DNA of 58,942 nucleotides from Octopus bimaculoides (lineage: Eukaryota). The notes beneath the pieces are model-generated. The model saw only the letters and a program-made list of their open reading frames with translations. It had not been told where the DNA came from and searched no databases. Below are positions 13,106 through 26,352 of the stretch, in pieces (the stretch's first letter is position 1; every line of letters begins with the position of its first letter). Position numbers and translations under genes: made by a program. The DNA lies in the NCBI RefSeq assembly GCF_001194135.2, contig NC_068982.1, forward strand, positions 24,946,158 to 25,005,099, given 5' to 3'.

Positions 13106-14359
13106 TTATTAGAGCGTTGTACAAATAGTCTTTGTTTTTAAAGATGTGTATGCATTCTGGCTCTGACATACCTTTGGGGTAGACTTCATAATGTATGTAT
13201 GTATGTAAGGGTTTGTCTGTGTGTGTGTGTGTTCATGTGTTCGTGTGACTGTGTGTGTGTCTGTGTGTGTGTATATGTGTGTGTGTTGATTATACCAAAA
13301 CAATGTGACAATAATGAGGAAAAGAAAATGAAAATCTTTAGTTAGTTTCATGTCAAGAGAAGATAAAAAAATGGGTGGATATTTTAGTACATCTAACATA
13401 AGCTACTCAGCAGAGGGAACAGGAGGGACAAGGAGAGGAAAAAGAAAAACCAAGGGAAGAATGTAAAGTAGAACCCAAGTTCGAATTCCTAAGCTGCGCA
13501 AAGTTTGAAAAGAAAAAATGCGGGAAGGAGAAAGCGTGAGGCTTTCAGCTGTTTGCACGAATCGAAGCTGAATATGGAATATAGAAATTAATATTATCTA
13601 AGTTTCTTGCAGATAAGAATGATAATCATCTTCATTTCTAATTTTCGGTGTAGATCCGTTTCTATATATTGCGTAAACTGTTTTGTTAGTTTTGATTGCT
13701 TTGAGTTTTAGGTGTCTACAGTATGCTCGTAATTTTTCTGATTTTCCATGTATTTCTATCTGGATTTGTTGCCTGAGTGCATTTAGGTTTTCTTAATCTG
13801 ATATGTAGTCAACAAAAGTATTGTTTTTGATCATGATCTTCGTTAGTATGAGTTGGCAGATATTTACACGTATAGTTGCAAGTGAGTTTGTCTGCTAGTA
13901 TTGTAAGTATGCGTGCATTAAAAAATAAAATTATGCGTGCGGTGATAGTATGCATGTACGTACATTGGTTACATTCGTTTTGCGTTTATTGCATCATGTG
14001 ATGCAGAAGTTTATCAGTTACTTAAATGTGCATTGTGATTCTGTGCTAAATATATACTAGGCTTTTGTTATGAACGTTCCCTTATCTGGCCTTATCATAT
14101 ACTCTTTTCTCACTGAGCCGAATTAAACACCCTTAACACACAAAGAAAAACAACAATGACAGTGTCACTTTATCAGCTGATTATCGTCACTATGAAATAA
14201 TGCTTTCACTGCAGCAAAGGATTATGGTTCATAACCTTCAGACCGTCTAGTCACTTCTTTATAATAAATTTGATATCAACAGTCATCTGCCTGCTTTCTT
14301 TCTTGATAATCTGTGACAAATAGGCACGATTACTTTTCAAAACAGTCCGTCGATCACAT

Positions 14360-14420
<61 letters not shown>

Positions 14421-15190
14421 NNNNNNNNNNNNNNNNNNNNNNNNNNNNNNNNNNNNNNNNNNNNNNNNNNNNNNNNNNNNNNNNNNNNNNNNNNNNNNNN
14501 NNNNNNNNNNNNNNNNNNNNNNNNNNNNNNNNNNNNNNNNNNNNNNNNNNNNNNNNNNNNNNNNNNNNNNNNNNNNNNNNNNNNNNNNNNNNNNNNNNNN
14601 NNNNNNNNNNNNNNNNNNNNNNNNNNNNNNNNNNNNNNNNNNNNNNNNNNNNNNNNNNNNNNNNNNNNNNNNNNNNNNNNNNNNNNNNNNNNNNNNNNNN
14701 NNNNNNNNNNNNNNNNNNNNNNNNNNNNNNNNNNNNNNNNNNNNNNNNNNNNNNNNNNNNNNNNNNNNNNNNNNNNNNNNNNNNNNNNNNNNNNNNNNNN
14801 NNNNNNNNNNNNNNNNNNNNNNNNNNNNNNNNNNNNNNNNNNNNNNNNNNNNNNNNNNNNNNNNNNNNNNNNNNNNNNNNNNNNNNNNNNNNNNNNNNNN
14901 NNNNNNNNNNNNNNNNNNNNNNNNNNNNNNNNNNNNNNNNNNNNNNNNNNNNNNNNNNNNNNNNNNNNNNNNNNNNNNNNNNNNNNNNNNNNNNNNNNNN
15001 NNNNNNNNNNNNNNNNNNNNNNNNNNNNNNNNNNNNNNNNNNNNNNNNNNNNNNNNNNNNNNNNNNNNNNNNNNNNNNNNNNNNNNNNNNNNNNNNNNNN
15101 NNNNNNNNNNNNNNNNNNNNNNNNNNNNNNNNNNNNNNNNNNNNNNNNNNNNNNNNNNNNNNNNNNNNNNNNNNNNNNNNNNNNNNNNNN
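14421..15190. other. Assembly gap (N run)
   Basis: N run flanked by (CA)n and (TA)n. Confidence 1.
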
Positions 15191-15230
<40 letters not shown>

Positions 15231-15256
15231 CATGTATGCATATGTATATATATATC

Positions 15257-15727
15257 TTCCGATGGTCGCTCCTTGTCGTGGTGGAAGAGCTTGTGTATTC
15301 CAATGATTCTGACTGAGAGTGATACCGTCTGGAGTCTTAGACTCCTGGTAAGGCCACCCATGACGGCAAGGTCGAGGATGCCATCCCAGACTAAGCACGA
15401 CCAAATACCAACATCAAGACCCCAACGGCGGAGCAAGTGGAGGAGGGCAACGCTTGGCGACCAGGCGTGACAAAGGCGGATAGACTCCGATAGCTCGCTT
15501 CAACCAACCTCATCGAGACTGCACGTCTCAATTCACAAGCTGCAGTGCAGAAGTTCCTGGCCAAGTGCGTGCGCTTGGATTTTGAGATTGGTACTTGGAT
15601 GTTAAATGTCCTCTACGATAAGTTACAAGTATTAAAGCTTATAACAGTGAGAGCTCTGTCGACAGGCTGCTATCCGCTCTCAGATTCTACCAGAACAAAC
15701 AACACCGATCGTTCTGAGAAGTAAAAC
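15257..15727 (+). mobile_element. 5' end of an RTE-type LINE (5' UTR plus start of endonuclease), ending in (AAT)n
   Basis: Begins CCTTGTCGTGGTGGAAGAGCTTGTGT..CTCCTGGTAAGGCCACCCATGACGGCAAGGTC, an RTE-like 5' UTR recognised from memory. IGTW-like endonuclease start near 15588. Confidence 0.6.

Positions 15728-15728
<1 letters not shown>

Positions 15729-15815
<87 letters not shown>
15729..15815. repeat. (AAT)n microsatellite
   Basis: Direct reading. Confidence 0.95.
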
Positions 15816-15818
<3 letters not shown>

Positions 15819-15909
15819 TATATATATTAATAAATCATAGGGCAGCCAAAAAATTTTAGAAATTTCATTTACCACCAGTGGTCCAGCGAGAATAAAAATT
15901 AGTCAATTT

Positions 15910-16317
15910 NNNNNNNNNNNNNNNNNNNNNNNNNNNNNNNNNNNNNNNNNNNNNNNNNNNNNNNNNNNNNNNNNNNNNNNNNNNNNNNNNNNNNNNNNNN
16001 NNNNNNNNNNNNNNNNNNNNNNNNNNNNNNNNNNNNNNNNNNNNNNNNNNNNNNNNNNNNNNNNNNNNNNNNNNNNNNNNNNNNNNNNNNNNNNNNNNNN
16101 NNNNNNNNNNNNNNNNNNNNNNNNNNNNNNNNNNNNNNNNNNNNNNNNNNNNNNNNNNNNNNNNNNNNNNNNNNNNNNNNNNNNNNNNNNNNNNNNNNNN
16201 NNNNNNNNNNNNNNNNNNNNNNNNNNNNNNNNNNNNNNNNNNNNNNNNNNNNNNNNNNNNNNNNNNNNNNNNNNNNNNNNNNNNNNNNNNNNNNNNNNNN
16301 NNNNNNNNNNNNNNNNN
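15910..16317. other. Assembly gap (N run)
   Basis: N run. Confidence 1.
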
Positions 16318-16353
<36 letters not shown>

Positions 16354-18713
16354 TCTCTGTCCTGTGCCTAATCGTGTATCAGTCAATAATTATAGCTACA
16401 ACGGACCTACGATTCTTCAGGCTTTCTATCTCAAGTTACTTGTCATCATTGCAGGAAGCTTACATTAATATATATTTTAGAGAATCTATTAGTGCTTAAT
16501 AATAGGAAAAATATCTTTTGATACAGTTTCAGTTGTTTTGTGATATTCCTTGATGAATCGCAAAACCCGATTCATTAAATGTTCATCTTTGTTATGCTGT
16601 TGTTAACTATAAAAAATTAGTGTAAATTATTTTGAAAATTGCAATATTCATACTTCACATACATATACATATATACATGCCTATAGACATGTACACAAGC
16701 ATACACAGTGCGTGCGTGTACATGTCTTTGAAAACCGGAAGCATCAAAGACATCATGAGGGTAATATAATTAACTAAATATTATATAAAAACAGATAAAT
16801 ACAGCAGATAATAAACACGAAATTTATACACGATTCATGTATTAATTCTGTCTTTGCTTTAGATATACTGCGCCAATTTATAACTTTTTTTGGAGTTCAC
16901 CACACAAACGGCGTATTACAAAATACTTGAAATAAGTTAATAACCAAATATATGTATTTTATATTTAGTGGACAAAAATTCAATAAAACTTTCCGTATGA
17001 TACTTGCCTTGCTCTGATTACATTTAATACCACCATATAGGGATAGCATTGCAAAGAAGCGAGGCTCCTTAGGACATGTATGCGCTATTTGGAATCCTTT
17101 CTAAATAGCGCATCAGTACACGATGAAAGATTGTTATTATGTGTGTGTTTGTGTGAGTGTCTGTATAACTGTGTATGTGTTTCAGTAGATGAGTAAATAT
17201 TCAAATGTCTTAACATAAAAATAATTTATTTTTATCTTTGTGGAACTAGCAATTAGAATGTCCTTACAAGCATCAGGATCAAATAAATCTAGTTGCGAAG
17301 TTGCATATAAATAATTTTCTAAATACTTGTATATTCGGAACACATATTCCGTTTTTTTTCTATCACTCGTATTTTATCCACGTGTTACCATACATCTCAC
17401 TCTGATGTACAATTACACCGCAAATCCCAAGCATTTTTAGCGTATTGGTGTAAAATATTATACACATTCAGTGACATTTGGCTTCCAGCAAACCATTCTA
17501 ATAGGGATCATAATTCTATTTTCATTCTGCTCTTTACGTTAACCTGGCATTCAGCTTATTTAATAGATTGGTGAACGATCGTTTTAGTTCTTAGAAAAAA
17601 TTATATTTTATTTTTCCTTATTTTTCTTAATTCTCCTTTAGTTGACATCTTTCATTATCTTTCTTACATTATCGAGATTCTTTGCATAATTCATTCTGCG
17701 AATTTTCGTTTACTTCCTTCTATTTACAATATCTAACTTCTAAATTGAACGCCGCACATACTAACCACATTTTTGTTTGAATAATATAGCTTTTCTGTTT
17801 ATTTTCTTCATTTTATTTGTGATTTCATATATTTTTATCTCTTTTATTTCCTCCTCAATTCGATCATTCTGTATATCTATCTACTTTTCTATTTTCTTCC
17901 GCCTTCCTCACTCTCCAAGACTCCCTCTCTTTTCTTCCTTCTGATATCAAAGATGTGAAAGCAAATGTAAATAACGACTAGCCTGAAAGCTTCTGTGAAT
18001 AAAACGGCATTGTTTGCTTGATCTTTTAACATTTTCCCCATACACAAGTAGACAGTTAGATAATCAAGCTGCATTCAAGGAAATTATATTTTGTTGTGTA
18101 ATAACAACTACCTTACTGTCCAAATCAGAAAATAGAAATACCAAAAAAATGTGAAGGGATACGTAAACAAAAGAAAGAAAATTTTAGGAAATAATGTTGG
18201 GGAAAGTAGGAAGGAACAAAAAAGAAAACCGAAAGTAAGTTGGAGAGAACATTATAACCTCTCTTAAACAAGAATGAAAAATTCATCTGACGTTAATGTC
18301 CTGAATACTATACATGTATATATATATATATATATTTGCTCCCCACCCTATATATATGTGTGTGTGTATTTATATGTGTGTGCGTGTGCGTGTATATGCA
18401 TGAGTGTGTGTGTGCATGTGTATGTGTTTGCATATGTATATATTAGCTGAGATTAACTTCTAGTATGTGAAATGTGGAATAGCACTAAAATATGTGGCAA
18501 GGTTACCGAAGAATTAAAACAATATTTGAAAAATTAAATATTATAAACTTCAGGACATAAATCTCAAAAGAAATGTTGAAATTATCAGATTATTTTAAAG
18601 TAAATGTGAACAGAAAAATCAATGAGAAAATAATTTAGAATCGGTAAGTAAAAACAGAGGGAAAAACGTCAAATTCCATTTAACTTACTATTAGTCTAGT
18701 AATGGGCATATAG

Positions 18714-19080
18714 CCTTCTTTACTTTCTTACTTGTACCAGTCATTTGACTCTGGCCATACTGGAGCACCATCTTTAGTCGAACAAATCGACCCCAGGACT
18801 TATTCTTTGTAAGTCACTTTTGCCGAAACGCTATTTTACGGAGACGTAAACACACCAACATCGGTTTTCAAGCGAAGGTGGGGGTGGGAGAACGCAGGCA
18901 CACAAATATATGCATATATACGACAAGCGTCTTTCAGCTTCCGTCTGCCAAATCAACTCACAAGGCTTTAGCCGACCCGAGGCAATAGTAGAAGACACTT
19001 GCCCAACGTGCTACGTATTGGGGCTGAATCTGGAACAATATGGTTGAGAAGGAAGCTTCTTACCACACAGCTACGCCTGC
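18714..19080 (-). mobile_element. Near full-length tRNA-derived SINE
   Basis: Minus strand starts GCAGGCGTAGCTGTGTGGTAAGAAGC (A-box), has a degenerate B-box and a TTGGGCAAGTGTCTTCTAC CORE-like block, and ends in an A/AAG-rich tail. Confidence 0.8.
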
Positions 19081-21559
19081 GCGTGTGTGCGTGTGTGCAT
19101 GTTAATGATATGATGAACATAGTCAAATCCACAATACCAATGTAAAATAAACTTCCTAATCATTTAATAAAAGGAATTATAACACCGAGTATCACGTGTC
19201 CAAGGCATCAAACACTACATTATTTCACTGCAACATGGGCCACTTAATTTCTATGTATTACAAAAAAAAAATAGTAATAATTTACTTTATTGACAAAGAA
19301 CTTACATTTCTGGCAAACCTTCGAATAATTGGAGAGGCTATACGTATGCCATGCAAACACAGAATACTACATAACTAAGCATTGTATAATGAACATATTG
19401 CGTCCCATGCACATACTCTAATAATAATATTGATTTCTAACGAAAGTACATGACTCGAAAGCTGAGATTGCGGTATGGGGAGATTAACACTGTCGGCCAT
19501 GATGTGATTTAAACTCTGAATGCAAGTGTCGTAATTAAATCCCGCAGAATGTGAGAGAATACTTCAGGAAAAGAAGTTGCTGCAAAGGAGCAGGTGCTGC
19601 AAAACGACGCCTTTCAATACTTAGAAAATGTAATGGTGTGACATATATTACTAACTGTTTAGTTAAAGATGTGCCGATCAGCATTTACAACAACACAATC
19701 ACCACGAATGGGAAACCTACCGAACTCGGTAATAACAACATTATTGCATTTAGCAGGTATGTCAACGGTAAAAGCAGCAACAGTAACGCCATGCTAACGA
19801 CACCCATTATTAACAAGAACGTAGGCGTCTGTGCATGAGAAATGAAGTGGATTCAGAAGTTTGGTATCATAATAGTGCTGATTAGCTGTTTTGGAAATAT
19901 CAGCAACAGAAGCAATACCAGTATGAGTGTTGTCAACGGCAATATATTTCTTTTACTAGTAGCAACCAAGTCTACGACATCCAATAGCAGCACTAGCATC
20001 AAATGCAGCAATAGTAATACAAGAAGCAATAACACAGTAGCATCTAGACGTGGATAACTTTCTACCCTATAGAGATATGTTCACTTACAAGGCAGCGTTT
20101 GTGGAGAGGTAGAAGAGTTCTTAACAGAGAAATTTATCATACAGACAGGACGATTATGATGTACCGAAGTATAGGGAAAAAGGGATTGAATATTGAGAAA
20201 AAACGGGTACTGTTGAGGCAACCGGGGCCAAGAGAGGATGGAGGCATTTCATATATGATGTGTATTTCTTTAACTACACCAGTCATTAATAGAAATTATT
20301 GGTGAAATATTTCTCAGATTCGTATGCTAACAGTTGATCCTGACCCTTCTTGAAATGAAGATTTCATACTTTTCCTGACCTACAGTAGATATAAAGTAAC
20401 ACTAGGAGATATGCTGACAAGCAATGAGCTTTTACAGAACAACCAAACTGCGGTATGAATAGCAGAGTAAGTAACATCACTTCATCAGATTAAGAGACAT
20501 CATTGCAAGATCTATTTTTGCACCAACTCTAATATAACATATGGGTTGTTATTTTGCTTTGAAGGTCTATCGACAATAAAACTAGCTGGAGTTGCTATAT
20601 GTCCTGGCATTAATTGAACAAGGAAAACTGGAAAAGTTCCTTGAGCAAATAGCTTTGTTAAGCATAGTAAAGTCGAAAAGTTTCGCACGCCACAGTTTTA
20701 ACACGAAGCCCATCTGGACGTATCTTGAGTCAAGCCAAAAGTAGCCGTATTATTTCTAACAGTAAACAAAAAAAAAGAAAATTAGGTTACAGAAATGAAT
20801 TTAACCAAAGAAATGTTATGGCATCACAGAGGATTGCTAGCAAATGAAGTAGCACTAACATCGCCTCTCCATCACGCAACAATATTGATTGCCCCAATAT
20901 GGTTATTTACGTTTTTTTTCTTTTTCTTTTTTTTTCAATTGTATTTGTAGTTTGGAATGTACAACTAGTATGTTGTAGTACATATCAGCCCTGAAGTAGT
21001 AGAGATAGATTTACATTCCTGAGAGCAAAAACTTCCATCATATTTTAATATTCTATATTTCTATATTTCTTTTATGCCCTTTCACATTGCAAAAAGATTA
21101 TAATTTCAGCAATACTTGTTTATTATATCTAGTATATTCCACAAACACGTAAAGACACCATTATTTGCTCTCATCACATCCTGAGTCGTGTGGCTTCTAT
21201 TATTTTATTGGACTCTTTTTGATTGCATGAAGTATTACCTGAGTTGTGCCACTGAAATAAAGGTATCTGACACCCCAGTTGTTTATATCTAGATAGAATA
21301 TATTTAGACAGTCGCCAGCTTTGGTATGTTTTATTTATTAGGATGTATTTATAGCAATCCATATTTTACATTATCGACCCAAGTATTGAAAGTGATTTTG
21401 TTATTGGTTGGTTTAAATTTCTTAAACTAGATTTTGCTTATCAATTTTAAAATCTATATTCCAAGTGACATTTCATTAAGATTAAAATGATGTTTATTAT
21501 TTGTTGTAGTGTTAGTTTTATTAGTTTTATCACCATCCTTATTGACATGAATATGGCAG

Positions 21560-21720
21560 CAACCACTGTGATGATGGAGTTGATAACAACGACAAAGGTG
21601 ACAGCGACAACGCCGTCCATGATATCGTTGTGGATGATGATAGTGATGATTATGTACATGTGGTGAAGGAGCAGGAGGAGAAGGAGCAGGAGGAGAAGAA
21701 GCAGGTGGAGTAGGATGCAT
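21560..21720. repeat. Degenerate trinucleotide low-complexity tract with 15-bp tandem (GAAGGAGCAGGAGGA-like) x3
   Basis: Direct reading. Confidence 0.7.
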
Positions 21721-21959
21721 TTTGAAGTGCACAAGTTTTCCAATAAACAGTCGTAGGATACAGGTGTACAAAATTAATTGAGCATTCCTACATTGATATT
21801 TTACAGTCTTGAAAACTGTAATAATTATTTCAGACATTAAAATATGGGAAAATTGGCAGAGAAAGCGAGGCGTTTGAATGAAAAAACTCAAACAGTTATC
21901 ATGAATTGAAGAAGAAATGTAAAAATTAAATACAAAATTGAATGAATAAATAAAAAGAT

Positions 21960-21965
21960 AAATAA

Positions 21966-22000
<35 letters not shown>
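21960..22000. repeat. (AATA)n microsatellite
   Basis: Direct reading. Confidence 0.9.
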
Positions 22001-23263
22001 ATGGACGATTACTTTTTTACCCAGCGAAATTCTTAACGGTGTCAAGGAGTATTTTATTTGTTTAAAGTCGTAATATTTGAACAGTTAAAATCCTAAATCA
22101 AACGCAGCAGCATCGTTAGACACTAACATGACATACGATGGCCATCAGGATTGTTCGACGACAAAAGAATATATATTTGATCAACCACATCATACATTTT
22201 TACTTACGTTACTCAATTTTCACACTATTATCTTTAAAAACATTAAAGAGAAATTGTATACAATTTCCAATTCGATATGGTGAGATGAAACTATTTGACA
22301 GGCTTTTAGTTCCCTCTCGCGGTTGAAGAAGCTTAGCAATAGTCAGTACGATGTAAAAATATAATGCTATGATCTTGAATAGCCAATGACAAATACGAAT
22401 ATTACCTTAAAACTACATCTTTGTGAATAGCTACTATATTTTCATCATAGAAACAGATCCCTACCACTGAATATACACATTTTTACATTAGCTCAAATAT
22501 GTTTCTGATATATCTCACATATAGGAAAACAACATTCACTCTTATTTGTCATGGAGAAAAATTCTTGCTTTTAGCAAAAGGGGTAAATCACCAATACAAA
22601 TATTAACCCATAGGTGGCGCTCTACAAATCTGTATAAACGCGTGAAGTGCAGATATGTAATCTGTGCATATATCGGACAGGTTAGGCTGGTGAAACTACC
22701 ATAACAGCAGAGGTTTCCTTGAACATAATATTAAAACACCCAGCGGAATAGAAATGAGACCATGGATTTCTTTCGGACAGAACAAGCCAGTTGATTTTCT
22801 TCAAACCCAATGTTTCCCAGGCGATGTCGTCGCACTTCCCCAACACTCATCTGATTTAATATGCCATGGTCAACTGGCAATGGGTTATGAGCACATGATC
22901 TGAATGTAAATGCCAGCCATTTATTCTCAGTCTACACTTGCTTCATGTCTATGGCTCAGTCAAATAGATGGTGAAGAAAAGCAAGCAGGTAAATAGGTGG
23001 TAGGAAAGTTTCTACTTCTTTTAGGGAACAAATGAAGCTCATATATTGGGGATATGTCTTCTTTTGTTTCTAATATTATCAATATTTCTAAAGACCGATA
23101 TAGTTTCGAAAACAATTTTTTGGTAAGCATGAATATTTCTTCACCTTGCTTTATGAAAGGCCATGATGGAATGAAGGACATATGGCAAAACAGAAGTATT
23201 CCTTTGATTTCCACTGAATAAGGAAGTTTATATCATTTTATCATATTTTTTGTGTGCGTGCGC

Positions 23264-23296
<33 letters not shown>

Positions 23297-23832
23297 CGTG
23301 ATTTGTGTGTGTCTGGGAAGTAACATAATTTAGTCTAGTTGAAATATGCATTCTCAGGCAGCTTCGCTCAAAACATTAAATTCCCGTCGACTATTTCAAA
23401 ATGGTACACCAGAATATGAAATTTCATACGGATAGGAAAATAGAATATTCACGTACATATAGTGACGTACTAAATAAAGAGGAATGTGTGTTTTGATGAA
23501 TCGCTGTTACATGCTGTAATACAAGATTGTAAGGGAAACAAAGCGTAATAAATTTGAAAAATATCATATGAAAAAAGCGAACTTTAAAGAATCTGTAATT
23601 GCCAGACAGTTATGATCCTAATTGTAATAGAAACCTAAGGAACTAAGGTAACAAGAGTGTATGGTTGTTTCAGGATTCTCGATTTGGAGACAAATTTCCT
23701 GACTACAACTTTTTCTTAGCAGAGAAAAGGTTAAAGTAACGGCTAGTCAACTAACAGTGTGGTTTGCAGCTTGACATCTAGGAATCAAACACCGACAGAA
23801 AAACAACTAGATTCTGAATAAACGGAAATGTT

Positions 23833-24113
<281 letters not shown>

Positions 24114-24129
24114 GTAAAAATTATGGATA

Positions 24130-24420
24130 TAATAAGCAAATTGGCGCGATAAAGGGGAATCTTGCTATCATGGAGCTACATTCAGGAAAAGCATTTAAAG
24201 TTATAGGCGTGTTTATTGATAAAATTGCTAAAGAAATGAAATTCACATCAATAAGTTGTATATTCAAGTTCGAAAGAGGATTGTTATATCATAATATAAA
24301 CTTTCCTATCATGGCTCCGATATATCTAGTTTCTCTTCGACCGTTACCATACATCGCAGAAACCTGTGCTTCATAAACAACGGGGGATATATCGCATTTC
24401 TGCTCTTGAGGATATTTAGA
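24130..24420 (-). mobile_element. Decayed Penelope-like element GIY-YIG endonuclease fragment
   Basis: Minus frame KCDISPVVYEAQVSAMYGNGRRETRYIGAMIGKFIL*YNN matches the PLE pattern C...VVY.A.V...YIG.T...FK.RYNNH. YIG is at 24324-24316. Confidence 0.6.
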
Positions 24421-24526
24421 TTTGTATTTACATGTGCATCCAGGGAATATATACAGGGCTATTTATATTTATATGTGCATTCATGGTATATATGTATGTA
24501 TATACATATATATATATATATATATA

Positions 24527-24964
24527 NNNNNNNNNNNNNNNNNNNNNNNNNNNNNNNNNNNNNNNNNNNNNNNNNNNNNNNNNNNNNNNNNNNNNNNNNN
24601 NNNNNNNNNNNNNNNNNNNNNNNNNNNNNNNNNNNNNNNNNNNNNNNNNNNNNNNNNNNNNNNNNNNNNNNNNNNNNNNNNNNNNNNNNNNNNNNNNNNN
24701 NNNNNNNNNNNNNNNNNNNNNNNNNNNNNNNNNNNNNNNNNNNNNNNNNNNNNNNNNNNNNNNNNNNNNNNNNNNNNNNNNNNNNNNNNNNNNNNNNNNN
24801 NNNNNNNNNNNNNNNNNNNNNNNNNNNNNNNNNNNNNNNNNNNNNNNNNNNNNNNNNNNNNNNNNNNNNNNNNNNNNNNNNNNNNNNNNNNNNNNNNNNN
24901 NNNNNNNNNNNNNNNNNNNNNNNNNNNNNNNNNNNNNNNNNNNNNNNNNNNNNNNNNNNNNNNN
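24527..24964. other. Assembly gap (N run)
   Basis: N run flanked by (TA)n on both sides. Confidence 1.
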
Positions 24965-25039
24965 ATATATATATATATATATATATAATTAATTGTGAAT
25001 CGTTTGATGTTCCAGTAGGTAACATATGATGGTTGCTGA

Positions 25040-25260
25040 GTTGTGAGTACTCTCCATTGAATTGGGAGAAATAAATCTCATAAGCAAAAACAGAACTGGA
25101 AAGAGAGGAAGTGGTAAAATTAGCCAGGAGTTCAAAAGAAGGTACAACCAGCCAGTTAGAAATTATACAATAGCAACCTTCAAATATTTTATCCTGAAAA
25201 TAACAGGTGAAACCCATCTAGTGGCTATGAACTTCGCGCAACATAAATGGTACATCTAGT
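25040..25260 (+). mobile_element. Possible second, more decayed GIY-YIG (Penelope-like) fragment
   Basis: SPLNWEK (cf. CPLNGKC) and GKISQEFKRRYNQ (cf. G.T..EFK.RYN.H). The YIG itself is not preserved. Confidence 0.3.
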
Positions 25261-26317
25261 TTCAATTTGATTCGAAACTTTTATAAGAACTATGGTCTGA
25301 TCTCTATACATATATTTTGTGTCCGAACATAATCATACGTAAGAGTCTAAAAAACTTCTTTTGCGATAAAGCAAGTTTTCACGAGATGGATAATATGTAT
25401 AATCATGCATACGCCTTCAATTTAAAAGTACAGTATTTTTTAATTCACTTACACCAAATAACAGAAAATTTTAGTGGGAAATGGTTTTCGATATCGTTTG
25501 AGCCACCGTGTTCAGGAAGTATTTTCATAAATTGCGTGGGAAAATAATTCCTTTTCCTAATCAACAAACTCATTGACAAAAACGAACGTTCAATAATTAA
25601 GGAATGGCATTACAGTATTTCTTTATTCTACAAGAAGTCTAATTTCGTTACAAATTTACAACACTCTTCAATAGTTAGAAATAAACTTACAGAATAGAAG
25701 TAACTTTATCTGCCGAAAAGAACTATATAACTACATAGTGCCTCAAACATTGCAACTAAAATAGAGAAAGCAGTAACAATAAGATTTTAACGGGTTAACT
25801 ACAAGCGTTTCAAAGCGCCGATTATATCAATATATGCATAATTAGTAATATTTGTTTATAACAAATTATTTTCTTAACCATAACATTTTTTTTGGGCGTT
25901 TTTTGGTGGTGAAGCAAATCAGTGTGTACCAGCAGCACTCATTGATTAATGTTTTGCATCACAGGACAAGAAGTTTAGTATGAGGCGGTGTATTAGGCGG
26001 TGGAAATCGGGTTTATTTGGAAAGCCTTCTCTTGCATTTGATCGATGATTCTCTTGAAGGTAATACGTTAGACAACAGGAGATAACATACCATAAATTTT
26101 CTAAAGAATAGCTCTTAAATCCAAATGAATCGATGTCAGCAAATATAGGAAACAAAGCAATTGCACTGGAATGAAAGTCAGTCATCCAATACCATATTTT
26201 ATTCGGCTAATTTCATCAATAGTGCATAGTATCAATATAATGGAATACGTAGGGAACAACAAAATGGTCAGAAAATATCCTTATTGCATTCACAAGATGG
26301 CTAATATTGTATACATG

Positions 26318-26352
<35 letters not shown>

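Noticed and set aside
14251-15470. Long ORFs of 350-400 aa here and at 24.4-25.2, 29.8-30.6, 31.2-32.4 and 58.2-58.7 kb
   Set aside because: They are N-gap read-through plus (CA)n/(TA)n translation (poly-X, HT, YI, CV repeats).
22700-22905. 68-codon plus frame with PQHSSDL, loosely like mariner/Tc1 PPYSPDL
   Set aside because: No DN motif, no TIR, and the similarity is too weak to call.
24170-24376. Plus-strand 68-aa ORF as a host exon
   Set aside because: It is the mirror frame of the minus-strand GIY-YIG remnant.
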